Shown here: positions 18,266-28,273 of the stretch, one piece after another
How positions within the stretch are numbered: the first letter of the stretch is position 1
How the letters are laid out: the number at the start of each line of letters is the position of its first letter
IMG/VR virus record: IMGVR_UViG_3300027708_000012
Coordinates: 281,370 to 345,369 of that record
DNA length: 64,000 nt
Reading direction: 5' to 3' (one strand)
Position numbers and translations under genes: made by a program
The notes under the pieces: model-generated
The model's database searches: none
What the model was told of the DNA's origin: nothing
The model's input: the letters and a program-made list of their open reading frames with translations, nothing else

Positions 18266-18806
18266 CTTTATACTCGACAATTTCCATCATTTGTTGGAAG
18301 AACCTTGTGGCGAAATCAAAACATACTTTAGCTTCGTCTGCCATGTCGTCGCTTATACGTTCTCTAATAGCTGCCTTAAGTGCTTCAGGATCTTCAAATT
18401 GGTACATGGTGCCCGACCCAGGAACACGTTTGGCAATCATCTGTCCACCAGCTAGATCACCCATGTGTCGCACATATAAGTGCGCCATTAGTTTTTTTGG
18501 ATTATCTCTGATACTCATGATATAATCCATATATTCTTGGACTATAGGAAGTAGTTCTGCATCGTCCTCATCTGTCCATAGTTCTTTATAGTCCGCATTA
18601 ATTTTTGGTGCTCTGCGAATATCAGGCATGCCGGCCAGCATACCGGTTGCCATAGCACACACTTCTAGTATCTCATATTGCGGATGTTGATTTTTTAAAT
18701 AAGTTGCATACAGTTTAGGATTTATTGTGCCTGAAAACAAAATTTTTACAAATTCCTGTCTTTCAGCATTGGTATGCGCTTCTTTAGTTAAATCTCGTAA
18801 GCTCAT
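18258..18806 (-). CDS. hemO: Heme oxygenase
   Basis: LRDLTKEAHTNAE; AHLYVRHMGDLAGGQMI; EAKVCF. Confidence 0.92.
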   Translation of the reverse strand: MSLRDLTKEAHTNAERQEFVKILFSGTINPKLYATYLKNQHPQYEILEVCAMATGMLAGMPDIRRAPKINADYKELWTDEDDAELLPIVQEYMDYIMSIRDNPKKLMAHLYVRHMGDLAGGQMIAKRVPGSGTMYQFEDPEALKAAIRERISDDMADEAKVCFDFATRFFQQMMEIVEYKDE

Positions 18807-19105
18807 TCTTCCTCCAATTTAATTTGGAGAGGAAAATTATTTTCTCTAGCTGTAGATGTTGTTTCTACGGCCTTAGCCTCGGCAATTTCAAAACTATAAA
18901 TTCCCGCTACTCCACTTCCAGTCTCGTGAATTTGAAGCATAATGTCTCTGGCCGAATCAGTTGAATGCCTAAAGATATTGGATAAAATTGATATCACAAA
19001 CTCCATCGGGGTTACATCGTCATTAAGTATAATGACCTTCCAACGTTTTGGTTCACTGATTACTACTTTAATTTTCTCGTCAATTGCGATATCTGTACTT
19101 GACAT
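18803..19105 (-). CDS. clpS: ATP-dependent Clp protease adaptor ClpS
   Basis: WKVIILNDDVTPMEFVI...MLQIHETGSGVAGIYSFEIAEAK...FPLQIKLE. Confidence 0.95.
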   Translation of the reverse strand: MSSTDIAIDEKIKVVISEPKRWKVIILNDDVTPMEFVISILSNIFRHSTDSARDIMLQIHETGSGVAGIYSFEIAEAKAVETTSTARENNFPLQIKLEEE

Positions 19106-19117
19106 TGTGTTCTCTTT

Positions 19118-19142
19118 AAAAAAGGGGGAGTTGCCTCCCCCG
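19118..19142 (-). terminator. Terminator after hsp20
   Basis: GGGGGAG-GCAA-CTCCCCC-TTTTT on minus strand. Confidence 0.75.
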
Positions 19143-19147
19143 GTTGA

Positions 19148-19579
19148 TTATTTAACTGTAATGATACGTGGCTTCAGTGATTCTGGTACAATACGTTCAA
19201 TCCTAATGATTAACATACCGTCCTTTACTTCAGCGTCTTTGATTTCCATGTACTCAGCAAGAGTCCATGTCTGTTCAAAGTTACGGCTAGCAAGACCTCG
19301 ATGTAAATACTCTTTGTCTTCTGCTGAAATATCAGTTTGCATACCGCGAACAACTAATTGATCTTGGTCTACTTCAACTGTAATTTGATCTTTGCTGAAA
19401 CCTGCTACAGCTACTTCAATTGCATAATCTGTGTCACTATATTTTACAATATTATGTGGCGGATAATTATTTGATTGTTGCTGTAATCTTTGATTAAAGA
19501 TTTGATCAAATCCAACTAAAGCTCTACTTAGTTGTGCAAAGTCCGCTGGACTCACTGTTTTTAATTGCATTGTTGCCAT
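19148..19579 (-). CDS. Small heat-shock protein Hsp20/IbpA
   Basis: YPPHNI, IEVAVAGF, YLHRGLASRNF, DGMLII, VPE motifs. Confidence 0.95.
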   Translation of the reverse strand: MATMQLKTVSPADFAQLSRALVGFDQIFNQRLQQQSNNYPPHNIVKYSDTDYAIEVAVAGFSKDQITVEVDQDQLVVRGMQTDISAEDKEYLHRGLASRNFEQTWTLAEYMEIKDAEVKDGMLIIRIERIVPESLKPRIITVK

Positions 19580-19584
19580 TTTTT

Positions 19585-19635
19585 ATCTCCTTATATTAAG
19601 CAAGAATGTATGGGGCCCCATAATGGGCACCCCAT
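19585..19635 (-). promoter_or_regulatory. ROSE-like RNA thermometer in hsp20 leader
   Basis: UCUUGCU-UAAUAUA-AGGAGA hairpin with bulged G opposite the SD, preceded by GC-rich hairpin. Confidence 0.7.
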
Positions 19636-19647
19636 GTTTGTATTATA

Positions 19648-21555
19648 TTACTTTTTGTCAGTAGGGTCAACCTCTGTGAAAGCCGCATTAACTGACTGGC
19701 CTTCTTCAGGTTGTACTGGTGCTGATTGCGCTGCACTTTCTGCAGCTTGCTTCTTGGCCATAACTGGACCTGCTGCCTCAAAAAATGTTTCAACTGATTT
19801 TTGAATAACATCTTTGTCGTCCCCTGCGCAAGCAGTTTCTACTGCTTTAACAGCATCGTCAAACTTAGTCTTTTCTTCTTCAGTCAATTGATCTTTGTAT
19901 GTATCATAGTCTTTCTTGATACTGTGTGTAGTACCTTCAGCATTGTTACGTGCTGTGATTAATTCTGCTTGTTTCTTATCTGCTTCGGCATTTTCCTCAG
20001 CTTCTTGAACCATGCGTTTGATCTCAGCTTCTGTCAATCCGCTATCTGACTTGATAGTGATTTTGTTTTCTTTGCCGGTCTTTTTATCCCTGGCACTTAC
20101 ATTTAAAATACCGTTTGCATCGATATCTAATGTAACTTCAATCTGTGGCATGCCACGTGGTGCAGGATCAATACCTTCCAAGTTAAACTCGCCAAGCGAT
20201 TTATTGTACTTGAATAAGTCACGTTCGCCCTGAGCAACCTTAATAGTTACTGCTGGCTGATTGTCATCTGCTGTACTAAATGTTTGGCTATGTTTGGTCG
20301 GGATAGTTGTGTTTTTAGCAATCAGCTTGGTAAACACACCGCCCATTGTTTCAATACCTAGTGTCAATGGAGTAACGTCCAACAACAATACGTCTGTCTT
20401 GTCGCCAGCTAGAACAGCGCCTTGTACTGCGGCACCAGCGGCAACTGCTTCGTCTGGGTTAACGTCTTTACGTGGAGCCTTACCAAACAGTTTCTCAACT
20501 GCTTCTTGTACTTTAGGCATACGTGTTTGACCACCAACTAGAATAACTTCGTCGATGTCTGCGGCGCTAACTTTAGCATCTGCCATAGCAACTTTACATG
20601 GCTCAATTGAACGCTGGATCAGTCCGTCTACCATTGCTTCAAACTTAGCACGGCTGATAGTTACATTCATGTGCTTAGGACCGTTTGCATCTGCTGTAAT
20701 GTAAGGCAAGTTAACACTTGTACTTGCGGCTGTAGATAATTCAATCTTGGCTTTTTCAGCAGACTCTTTCAAACGTTGTAATGCAAGAACGTCTTGCTTC
20801 AAATCAACTCCGTTGTCTTTCTTGAACTCGTCTACCAAATAGTCCATGATAGCTTGGTCAAAGTCTTCACCGCCTAGGAATGTATCGCCGTTTGTTGACA
20901 ATACTTCAATTTGCTTGTCGCCATCAATGTTAGCGATTTCAATGATTGAAATATCAAATGTACCACCACCCAAGTCATAGACTGCAATCTTGCGATCTTT
21001 CTTGTCTGCTTTGTCAACACCATAAGCCAATGCGGCCGCTGTCGGCTCGTTGATAATACGTAGAACTTCTAAGCCTGCAATACGTCCGGCATCTTTAGTA
21101 GCTTGACGCTGGCTATCGTTGAAGTAAGCTGGAACTGTAATAACAGCTTGGGTCACTGTTGTACCTAAATAGTCTTCAGCAGTTTTTTTCATTTTGCGAA
21201 GTACTTCAGCTGATACTTGCTGTGGTGCAAGTTTTTCGCCGTTTGCTTCGATCCAAGCATCACCGTTGTCTGCTTTAATAATGCTGTAGGGCATCAAGTC
21301 AATATCTTTTTGCACAGCAGCTTCGTCAAACTTGCGACCAATAAGGCGCTTGCTGGCGTAAATTGTATTTTTTGGGTTTGTGACTGCTTGTCGTTTTGCT
21401 GTTGCACCAACTAGGATTTCGTCCTTTGTATATGCAATGATTGATGGTGTTGTTCTTGCGCCTTCGCTATTTTCAATAACTTTTGCTACTCCATTTTCTA
21501 GGATAGCTACGCAACTGTTTGTTGTACCTAAATCGATACCGATGATTTTACTCAT
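19648..21555 (-). CDS. dnaK: Chaperone DnaK (Hsp70)
   Basis: [35 protein letters not shown]; full length 635 aa. Confidence 0.98.
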   Translation of the reverse strand: MSKIIGIDLGTTNSCVAILENGVAKVIENSEGARTTPSIIAYTKDEILVGATAKRQAVTNPKNTIYASKRLIGRKFDEAAVQKDIDLMPYSIIKADNGDAWIEANGEKLAPQQVSAEVLRKMKKTAEDYLGTTVTQAVITVPAYFNDSQRQATKDAGRIAGLEVLRIINEPTAAALAYGVDKADKKDRKIAVYDLGGGTFDISIIEIANIDGDKQIEVLSTNGDTFLGGEDFDQAIMDYLVDEFKKDNGVDLKQDVLALQRLKESAEKAKIELSTAASTSVNLPYITADANGPKHMNVTISRAKFEAMVDGLIQRSIEPCKVAMADAKVSAADIDEVILVGGQTRMPKVQEAVEKLFGKAPRKDVNPDEAVAAGAAVQGAVLAGDKTDVLLLDVTPLTLGIETMGGVFTKLIAKNTTIPTKHSQTFSTADDNQPAVTIKVAQGERDLFKYNKSLGEFNLEGIDPAPRGMPQIEVTLDIDANGILNVSARDKKTGKENKITIKSDSGLTEAEIKRMVQEAEENAEADKKQAELITARNNAEGTTHSIKKDYDTYKDQLTEEEKTKFDDAVKAVETACAGDDKDVIQKSVETFFEAAGPVMAKKQAAESAAQSAPVQPEEGQSVNAAFTEVDPTDKK

Positions 21556-21559
21556 AATT

Positions 21560-21630
21560 TTCTCCTTTAATTAAGCGAGTAATGCGGGCACCATGCCCTT
21601 GTACTAAACCCTTACGGCGTTTCAGCACGT
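21560..21630 (-). promoter_or_regulatory. ROSE-like RNA thermometer in dnaK leader
   Basis: CUCGCU-UAAUUAA-AGGAG hairpin plus two upstream hairpins, downstream of TAAATA at about 21634-21639. Confidence 0.65.
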
Positions 21631-21645
21631 AATTATTTATGTCTG

Positions 21646-21927
21646 TCAAACAGTTTCTTTGAAAATATTTGACCAGATTTTTAGTTTTTCTCGCTTGGCT
21701 TCTGCCGCTTGTTCAATGTTGGTCCAGCTAACTACATCTAGTTCTTGCAGGATTTCAATCATAGCATACAAGTCGCCCAATTCTTCTTCCAAGTGTTCCC
21801 TATTAGTTTTGGGTTTACCTGGCTTAAGATTGTCTAGGCCAAAGCGACTAATCTTACTTACCGCTTGAATAACTTCTGCACATTCTTCTTGGAGAATGTC
21901 CATTACTTCTTTAGTTTGTGAATCCAT
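21646..21927 (-). CDS. MazG-like NTP pyrophosphohydrolase
   Basis: LQEECAEVIQA...LEEELGDL. Confidence 0.85.
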   Translation of the reverse strand: MDSQTKEVMDILQEECAEVIQAVSKISRFGLDNLKPGKPKTNREHLEEELGDLYAMIEILQELDVVSWTNIEQAAEAKREKLKIWSNIFKETV

Positions 21928-21929
21928 AA

Positions 21930-22514
21930 TTACCTCTGATTTGCAAACGGAGCAATATAAGTACCTCCGCTAGTTGTACTTGTTCTTAGTGTGTTATAGA
22001 CATTTTGAATGCCTACCGCCTGGTTCCACGCATCCTCTAAAGCATGGTGGGCCGTTACCGGTGGACGTTGTGGGTTGATTCCTAAATCAAACGCTGTACG
22101 CACATCACGCACTTCCCAAAATTTCCAAGGAATAGCTCTATTGATTTTACGGAATACATGTTCACAAATGATAATATCAAAACAACTGCCATTTGACCAT
22201 ACACGTTTAGCACCCCAGCAAAATTTATAAAGACGAGCAAATGCTTCTTCAATATCAATTCTATCTTCGGGGTCAAAGGCAGCTTCCTGTGCCTCTTTGC
22301 TTTGATTAGCCCACCAAGCGATTGTGTCATCGTTAGTGGTCAATCCAATCCTATCACAACTATCTAAATCTACTTTACAGTAAAAACTATCCATATCTGG
22401 TTCTTTTAATTCGGAACCAAACGGATCAAATTTTACTGCTCCTATTGTTAAAATTGAAGCATCTGGAGTAGTATTAAGTGTCTCCAAATCTATCATTATA
22501 TCTGTTTTAGCCAT
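21930..22514 (-). CDS. DEDDh 3'-5' exonuclease (DexA/RNase AS-like)
   Basis: MIDLETL, WSNGSCFD, RDVRT, HHALEDA. Confidence 0.88.
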   Translation of the reverse strand: MAKTDIMIDLETLNTTPDASILTIGAVKFDPFGSELKEPDMDSFYCKVDLDSCDRIGLTTNDDTIAWWANQSKEAQEAAFDPEDRIDIEEAFARLYKFCWGAKRVWSNGSCFDIIICEHVFRKINRAIPWKFWEVRDVRTAFDLGINPQRPPVTAHHALEDAWNQAVGIQNVYNTLRTSTTSGGTYIAPFANQR

Positions 22515-22541
22515 TAAGTTCTTTCTTTATTGTGAACTTAT

Positions 22542-22570
22542 ATTATAACAGATTTACTATATAATGTCAA
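22542..22570 (-). promoter_or_regulatory. Consensus sigma70 promoter
   Basis: TTGACA-17 nt-TATAAT. Confidence 0.8.
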
Positions 22571-22800
22571 TAGAGTTTTGGTGGAAGTTGTTGATCACGT
22601 AGTTTTTTATTCCAACGACTTTTGGCTGCACCCTTTTTACGTTTGCGTTCAGTCGTTGGTTTTTCGTAAAACTCTTTGGCACGTAAAGCATCTAGTGTAC
22701 CTGCTTCTTCAACCTTACGTTTAAATCTTCGAAGAGAAACGTTGATATTTTCCCCGTCTTTGACAGTAATACCAGTTCCCTTACTCTTCTTGTGAATCAT
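22567..22800 (-). CDS. rpsU: Ribosomal protein bS21
   Basis: [44 protein letters not shown]. Confidence 0.92.
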   Translation of the reverse strand: MIHKKSKGTGITVKDGENINVSLRRFKRKVEEAGTLDALRAKEFYEKPTTERKRKKGAAKSRWNKKLRDQQLPPKLY

Positions 22801-23203
22801 TATCGTTTTCCTCGTCTTCGTCTTGGTTCTCCAATTGTTCAACAATCAAATCAAGATTATAAATTCGATTTTTACTAATTAGACCGTATGGAGTTATTTC
22901 GTCGCTAGTTATGTAGCTTGCATTAGGTTGGGCAATAATAAAAGTAACAAATTTTTGTGTAATGCTGTCACAGTTATCCACATCTACTATTACACAATCT
23001 GCTTGTTGGCATATACTTAAAAGCCAACCAATATCATTATCATCAGTGTCATAGATAAAAACATTTAAATCATCGATGCTTTTACTTAAAATTGTTTGAA
23101 ATTGTTCTTTAACTGATGTACTAGGTTTAATTAGTAGATAACTCAAGTTCATATTAAACAGTTTATCAGGAGGCGTTATTAATGTTATTTTTCCTAAGTT
23201 CAT
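22781..23203 (-). CDS. Hypothetical phage protein
   Basis: [13 protein letters not shown]...; acidic tail; overlaps neighbours. Confidence 0.75.
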   Translation of the reverse strand: MNLGKITLITPPDKLFNMNLSYLLIKPSTSVKEQFQTILSKSIDDLNVFIYDTDDNDIGWLLSICQQADCVIVDVDNCDSITQKFVTFIIAQPNASYITSDEITPYGLISKNRIYNLDLIVEQLENQDEDEENDNDSQEE

Positions 23204-23513
23204 ATATCTTTTCTGCAAAATAGTCTAGTTCTTCCGTGGGGTAATCGTTAAATTTCGTAGTACCAGTTTTTATATCATTTATAAACTTAACTAACTCGGG
23301 TTCTGTTTTAGAATCAAATATTAAATTGTTAAATTTATTTTCACTATATTCTATATACAATCTGTCTATTGTTTTAAATGGATCTGTGCGACTAGTATTT
23401 TTTATACGTTGCCAAAAACTTTTTGGATCTTTTTGCTCTTCGTTCTGAACATATGTTATTCTTTGTTCTTCACTTGGATTTTCCCCGTTTGATCCTTGAT
23501 CATATATGTCTTT
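23166..23513 (-). other. -1 frame extension of 23456..24604 reached via slippery site (115 codons)
   Basis: Open -1 frame KDIYDQGS...YVQNEEQ...FWQRIK...LYIEYSENKF...NNAS* starting at A_AAA_AAG. Confidence 0.65.
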
Positions 23514-24604
23514 TTTTTTGATTCTTCTTCGACTTTTGTTTCTTCGCCGTTACTATTAATATATGTTTCACCAACAGCTAAACGTTCTTCAATTGTAGAC
23601 TCTTCTAGTTTAACTTCTTCAACTACGATTGGTGTTTGATCTAATTCACTAATTACAACTGTTGAATCTGCCGTTGTAGTATTATTTGGTACTTCAAATT
23701 CTGGACCAGTTTGTATCCACTCACCACCAGGTTCTCGGACACCTTCAAAGTCTGTTTTAGTTTCTTTAGATTCCTCTACTACAATTGGAGCATTGAAAGC
23801 TTCAGTTAATTCATCTGCTTGATCATCAATCCATGTTTTTTCTTTTTGTTCTCTAGCCCAACCAAATGTCATTTGTGCGGCCAATAGCATGATAACTGCC
23901 AGCGGATCAAAGACAACAACAATTAAAATGATGATCCAAGTTACAGCACGTTCGAGCATCGACTCGTCTGGTGCTCGATCGTAGATAAATGCCGCGATAT
24001 ACTTAATTGGGCCAACTTCGGCTTCGACCTTGCGTACTTCTGCACGTATTGGGGCCGCTTCGTCGTTAAGACTTGCAATAAGTTTCTGTTGGGCTTCAAT
24101 ATCTTTGGCAAGCGCAATGCGGTCTTTCTGTTGACTCTTACGTACAGCGTTGGCTTTGTCCGCACCTTTTTCATCTGTTGAGCGACCCATAATTTGGTCC
24201 ACCGCTTCATCCATCTGTTTAAGTTGCTTCCTGTCAGCTTCGATATTCTCTTTGGCTGTTTTGATTTTCTCATCATATATCGCTATCTTACTTCCAACAT
24301 CACCACTTACTAGTGTTTGATCATTGTGTGCTTTAGAGAGGAATCCGAAGATACCCATTGATGTAATTAACATTAACACAACTACAGCAATGGTCATGTA
24401 ATACTTCATGAAACGTGGAACACGTTCCCAATTTGCTTTTAACCAAGAGGCACAAACAAGTTTACCTACTTCCAGGGCAGAGCCCATGATAATAATCGGA
24501 ATAGCGGCAGCAGAAAAAATAGCGGTGAGACCTACTACGGAATAGTAAATCGCCACCGCTGAGATTGTTAATCCTGTAAGCAGAAGCAAATAAGCTAATA
24601 TCAT
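23456..24604 (-). CDS. Membrane protein with coiled coil (4 TM) and acidic tail
   Basis: LEVGKLV, TSMGIFGFLSKAH, VEAEVGPIKYIA, VFDPLAVIMLLAAQ. Confidence 0.85.
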   Translation of the reverse strand: MILAYLLLLTGLTISAVAIYYSVVGLTAIFSAAAIPIIIMGSALEVGKLVCASWLKANWERVPRFMKYYMTIAVVVLMLITSMGIFGFLSKAHNDQTLVSGDVGSKIAIYDEKIKTAKENIEADRKQLKQMDEAVDQIMGRSTDEKGADKANAVRKSQQKDRIALAKDIEAQQKLIASLNDEAAPIRAEVRKVEAEVGPIKYIAAFIYDRAPDESMLERAVTWIIILIVVVFDPLAVIMLLAAQMTFGWAREQKEKTWIDDQADELTEAFNAPIVVEESKETKTDFEGVREPGGEWIQTGPEFEVPNNTTTADSTVVISELDQTPIVVEEVKLEESTIEERLAVGETYINSNGEETKVEEESKKKTYMIKDQTGKIQVKNKE

Positions 24605-24607
24605 TGA

Positions 24608-25216
24608 TTATGCATTAATAACTGTAGTTGTATCAATTAATGTTACAGTAACTTTACCAAGTAAAGTGGATTGTGTAACATTGGCGTTTGCTGTAACAGC
24701 TTGGTCCGTACCTTCACCAGTAGTTGGATTATAAACACGACCCATTTCTGTAGTACCGTTATACAAGCCAAATGCAACTGCGTTTCTAATCACTTTAGCA
24801 GTTGTGTCCATAGCAACATTGGCGGCATCGTTGCCCACTGTTTCAGCACCAATTTTAGCACCAGTCAATGGGATAAATGAATCTCTATCATACTTAACTG
24901 TAAAAGTTAATGAAGTTGCTTGTGCATCTGCATTAGCTTCAGTAATAGTAACATCTAAAACTTGGCAATCTGCTAGTCCAGACAATTGATTGATTACTTG
25001 TTTAAAACGCAAATTACCACGAGCACGACTCATTGCATGAGCTGTTGTGCTAGGTAAGCTACCTGCAGGGAAAAAGTCCCATGCATTTGGTGTGCATCCG
25101 CCATCTGCATGATTAATATCTGTAGTTGGGAACGCTGTTGAATTAGTCATATCAATTGCAACACGGTAAAAGTTTGGCTGTAATTGGTTTGTATCTTGTT
25201 GAAATCCTGATGGCAT
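24608..25216 (-). CDS. Hypothetical protein, probably virion structural
   Basis: AAGGAG RBS and TAAATA promoter; T/A/N-rich composition. Confidence 0.75.
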   Translation of the reverse strand: MPSGFQQDTNQLQPNFYRVAIDMTNSTAFPTTDINHADGGCTPNAWDFFPAGSLPSTTAHAMSRARGNLRFKQVINQLSGLADCQVLDVTITEANADAQATSLTFTVKYDRDSFIPLTGAKIGAETVGNDAANVAMDTTAKVIRNAVAFGLYNGTTEMGRVYNPTTGEGTDQAVTANANVTQSTLLGKVTVTLIDTTTVINA

Positions 25217-25296
25217 TATTATGCTCCTTAATTATCTAGTATTTATCGCAGTAAGCCTAATGTATTATTCTACACTAGACTATGCGCTAAATCAAG

Positions 25297-25638
25297 TTAT
25301 TTGAATACAATTAATGCTAACATTGCAGCTTGTACAAAGAACCCTAATCCGATGGTTACAATGTTTAACAAGTCCTTTTGTATAGTAGCTTTTAGAAAAA
25401 AGCAGAACAATCCAGCCCAGCTAAAAAGCACCATGTCCACAGGGGGCATTTTTTCAGTTAGCCCTGTTAGAACAGCTAGTTCTGTAGGGATTGTTGCCAA
25501 ATGCAACAAAATTACAGCAACCCAGCCCATTGTTTCTGCACTTACATGGGGGGCATGTGTTTTGACATTTTCTACCCACAAGTTCAAATCAAAAAAGTTT
25601 TGTACACCTGTTTTAATTTTTTCTACAATTGCGTTCAT
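25297..25638 (-). CDS. Small multi-TM membrane protein
   Basis: Three hydrophobic segments. Confidence 0.75.
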   Translation of the reverse strand: MNAIVEKIKTGVQNFFDLNLWVENVKTHAPHVSAETMGWVAVILLHLATIPTELAVLTGLTEKMPPVDMVLFSWAGLFCFFLKATIQKDLLNIVTIGLGFFVQAAMLALIVFK

Positions 25639-25647
25639 TTTTAATCC

Positions 25648-26178
25648 TTAATTATAAAATATATGTCGACCAATTTTTGCCACGGGTTTTTTATTCCAAC
25701 CTGGATTTATATAATCTCCGTGAAAGTAAAGTGCTTTCTTTAAATCGGGAAGTCTAAATCCTTCTAACAACACCTTTTTGGCTACTTCCATACTTTCTGT
25801 ATAAATTGGACCGTTCATAGGTTTTTTGGCGCTTGGGCCTTCGCAATACCAACTGAACTGGCAAAGTACTTTTTCATATACTATATTTTTTTGGTAAACT
25901 ACCTTGCAGATATCTCCGGGAAATTGTCCGCTTTCTGCACGGTTAATTGTTACTTGAGCCACTGCTACTTTACCTTCAAAAGGTTCGTACCCGGCTTCAT
26001 GATAGATATTACGAGCTAGACAATCTAATTGAGCTTGTCTCATTTGTGCTGTAATTGGACTCGCTGTTTCTCGAGCTTCTTCTAAATGCTGAAATTTCAG
26101 CAAAACTACGTGTTGGACTGTAAGTCCGATTGCTAGTATAACTAGTAAGTTTACTGCTAATTTGATAATCCGTATCAT
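25648..26178 (-). CDS. Cell wall hydrolase (SleB/Hydrolase_2)
   Basis: CLARNIYHEAGYE..GKVAVAQVTINR..FPGDICKVVYQ..CQFSW..IGRHIFY; AAGGAG RBS before ATG 26178. Confidence 0.92.
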   Translation of the reverse strand: MIRIIKLAVNLLVILAIGLTVQHVVLLKFQHLEEARETASPITAQMRQAQLDCLARNIYHEAGYEPFEGKVAVAQVTINRAESGQFPGDICKVVYQKNIVYEKVLCQFSWYCEGPSAKKPMNGPIYTESMEVAKKVLLEGFRLPDLKKALYFHGDYINPGWNKKPVAKIGRHIFYN

Positions 26179-26346
26179 TTTTTTCTCCTTTACGGTGGAT
26201 GAGGTATCGCTACTACCATCATTGATTATTGCTTGGCTGTGTTTGTTTCTCCTTTTAGTAGCCTTGCCCTCTAAATCTTTAGTGGACAATATATAGTTAT
26301 CCTCTGCTGACAACGGTAAACAACTATTATTATTGTCGACCATGCT

Positions 26347-26742
26347 TTAACGCCTCATACGAGCGATATCAACTGCTTCCTCATCGCTAAAAATTGGCAC
26401 GGCATTGCTTTTGTGCATGGTTGCAATACCTTTTACCTTGGTTCCTGTATAAACTTTTGGTGCAGACAAAGTAGCATTACCGCCGGTGTCTACACTTTTG
26501 AGATGAGATGTAGTATCACGACCTTCGGGAATTTTCAAACTATAATGCCCACTCAAACTGGGTGCTTTCAAAGCACGAGTACGTTTCTTTTCTTCTGCCT
26601 CGATGCCCCATTTCTTTTGGAGCTCTTTCCAAGATTCGTCCAATTCTCTAGCCTTTCGTGCGTGTTCTGCCGATGCGAATTTCTGTTTGCCCTTCTTCTT
26701 GCCATTAAGGCTAAGACTAGGGTGATGCAAATGCATACTCAA
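26347..26742 (-). CDS. Conserved T4-like phage hypothetical protein
   Basis: YTGTKVKGIATMHKSNAVPIF...ARMRR; sigma70 promoter upstream. Confidence 0.75.
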   Translation of the reverse strand: MSMHLHHPSLSLNGKKKGKQKFASAEHARKARELDESWKELQKKWGIEAEEKKRTRALKAPSLSGHYSLKIPEGRDTTSHLKSVDTGGNATLSAPKVYTGTKVKGIATMHKSNAVPIFSDEEAVDIARMRR

Positions 26743-26773
26743 AATATTCTCCAAAAGTTATAACAATACTAGT

Positions 26774-26802
26774 ATTATACTAGATTATACTATTACTGTC
26801 AA
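26774..26802 (-). promoter_or_regulatory. Consensus sigma70 promoter
   Basis: TTGACA-17 nt-TATAAT. Confidence 0.8.
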
Positions 26803-26808
26803 ACAGGT

Positions 26809-27135
26809 TTATACTCGAAAACTTTCACCGCAACCGCAACGGTCACGTTCATTTGGATTGATAAAATCAAATCCTTCATTGAGTCCATTGCGGACCCAGT
26901 CCATTGTTAGTCCGTTTAAGTAGACAAATGACTTTTCATCTACTAATACTACAAAATCATTTTGAGCAAAGTTGATTACTCCAACTTCATGTTCGTAGCT
27001 GTCTACATATTCTAGAACATATGCTAATCCGCTACATCCAGTGGTTCTAACACCTATGCGTATTCCAACGCCTTTACCACGACGTTCTAAAGTTTGTTTA
27101 ATTTTTTTACTTGCCGTGTTGGTTATATTAATCAT
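26809..27135 (-). CDS. iscA: Fe-S cluster assembly A-type carrier
   Basis: TTGCSGLAY; F.FINPNERDRCGCGESF. Confidence 0.95.
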   Translation of the reverse strand: MINITNTASKKIKQTLERRGKGVGIRIGVRTTGCSGLAYVLEYVDSYEHEVGVINFAQNDFVVLVDEKSFVYLNGLTMDWVRNGLNEGFDFINPNERDRCGCGESFRV

Positions 27136-28273
27136 TTATTAAATTATTTAATCTTGGATATAAATCTAAGTTTCCTAAATTTAATTTTAAATTCCAATAT
27201 TCCCACATTGCATATTGAATTTCAAATGCAGGGACACTTGGATCAATAATTTTTAATAACTCTCTAAACTTAGGATCTTCTGCTTTTGATAATATATGAT
27301 TGTATGCCGATAGTCTAGCATGTTTCCAAAATGCAGTATTATATTTGTTTGAACTAAAATAATGCAATAAAATTATTGTTTCAATTTCTGAAACTAGTTG
27401 GAGGAAATAATTATTAACCGCCTCAACCGGGACATTATTATTCCATTGATCATAGGCAAGTTGCTGAACTTTAGTAGAAAGCCATAATGGAGTAGTTTCC
27501 ATAGGTTCTAAAAACATACTTGCACTACCATTGTATACTATTCGTTTAGTAAAATTTTCTTTACGAAAGTAATTTTTCCAAGAAAATGTGCCAGTGTTCT
27601 CGCTAGGTATTAATTGGTATTCTTCAAAGACATTAACAACATCGTCTTTGATGTCATCGACATTATTAATATCTGTATTATATACATACCCAACAGCACA
27701 CCTGTTTTGCAACGGTACACAAAACACCCACCCGTATGGTCTAGCAATAGTCAGTGTTTCATTAAACTTAGGGTAATCCCAGTAACACTGAGTTATATAA
27801 GCGCCGTTTACTGGGATTGAACTAGTAGTCGAATAATCATCAAAATTTGTTGGCCTGCCTGAACAATCAATTACAAAGTCAGAATCTATATCTTCATTTG
27901 CAATATTTTTATCAATAAGTTTTATTCTTGGATTAGTCGATGCATAGTTAACTATATATTCTTGTAGTTTAACAGCATTAAAATGATATCCTACAGCAGG
28001 TGGTGCAAAATAATTTAAAATAGGTTTTTCTGAAAACCCAATTTTTTTAACACCTGTTTTAAAAGTACCATCTATTAAATGCAAATCACTATGTGTAAAT
28101 CCAAATAAATCGTGAAGCTGTTGTGTAAATCCAACAAAGCCGCCTTCACCTACTGGTTGCGGCTTTATATTGCTGTCAAAGTACCAGTCTATTTCCCAAT
28201 CGGTGTATTTTAGAAAATGTCCCACATTCATGCAACCTGCGGTGCCTTTTCCAACTATGGCTAATTTTTTCAT
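27128..28273 (-). CDS. Flavin-dependent tryptophan-halogenase-like protein
   Basis: GKGTAG, VGEG, TFKTGV, IDCSG, GWVFCVPLQNR, FLEPME motifs. Confidence 0.8.
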   Translation of the reverse strand: MKKLAIVGKGTAGCMNVGHFLKYTDWEIDWYFDSNIKPQPVGEGGFVGFTQQLHDLFGFTHSDLHLIDGTFKTGVKKIGFSEKPILNYFAPPAVGYHFNAVKLQEYIVNYASTNPRIKLIDKNIANEDIDSDFVIDCSGRPTNFDDYSTTSSIPVNGAYITQCYWDYPKFNETLTIARPYGWVFCVPLQNRCAVGYVYNTDINNVDDIKDDVVNVFEEYQLIPSENTGTFSWKNYFRKENFTKRIVYNGSASMFLEPMETTPLWLSTKVQQLAYDQWNNNVPVEAVNNYFLQLVSEIETIILLHYFSSNKYNTAFWKHARLSAYNHILSKAEDPKFRELLKIIDPSVPAFEIQYAMWEYWNLKLNLGNLDLYPRLNNLIND

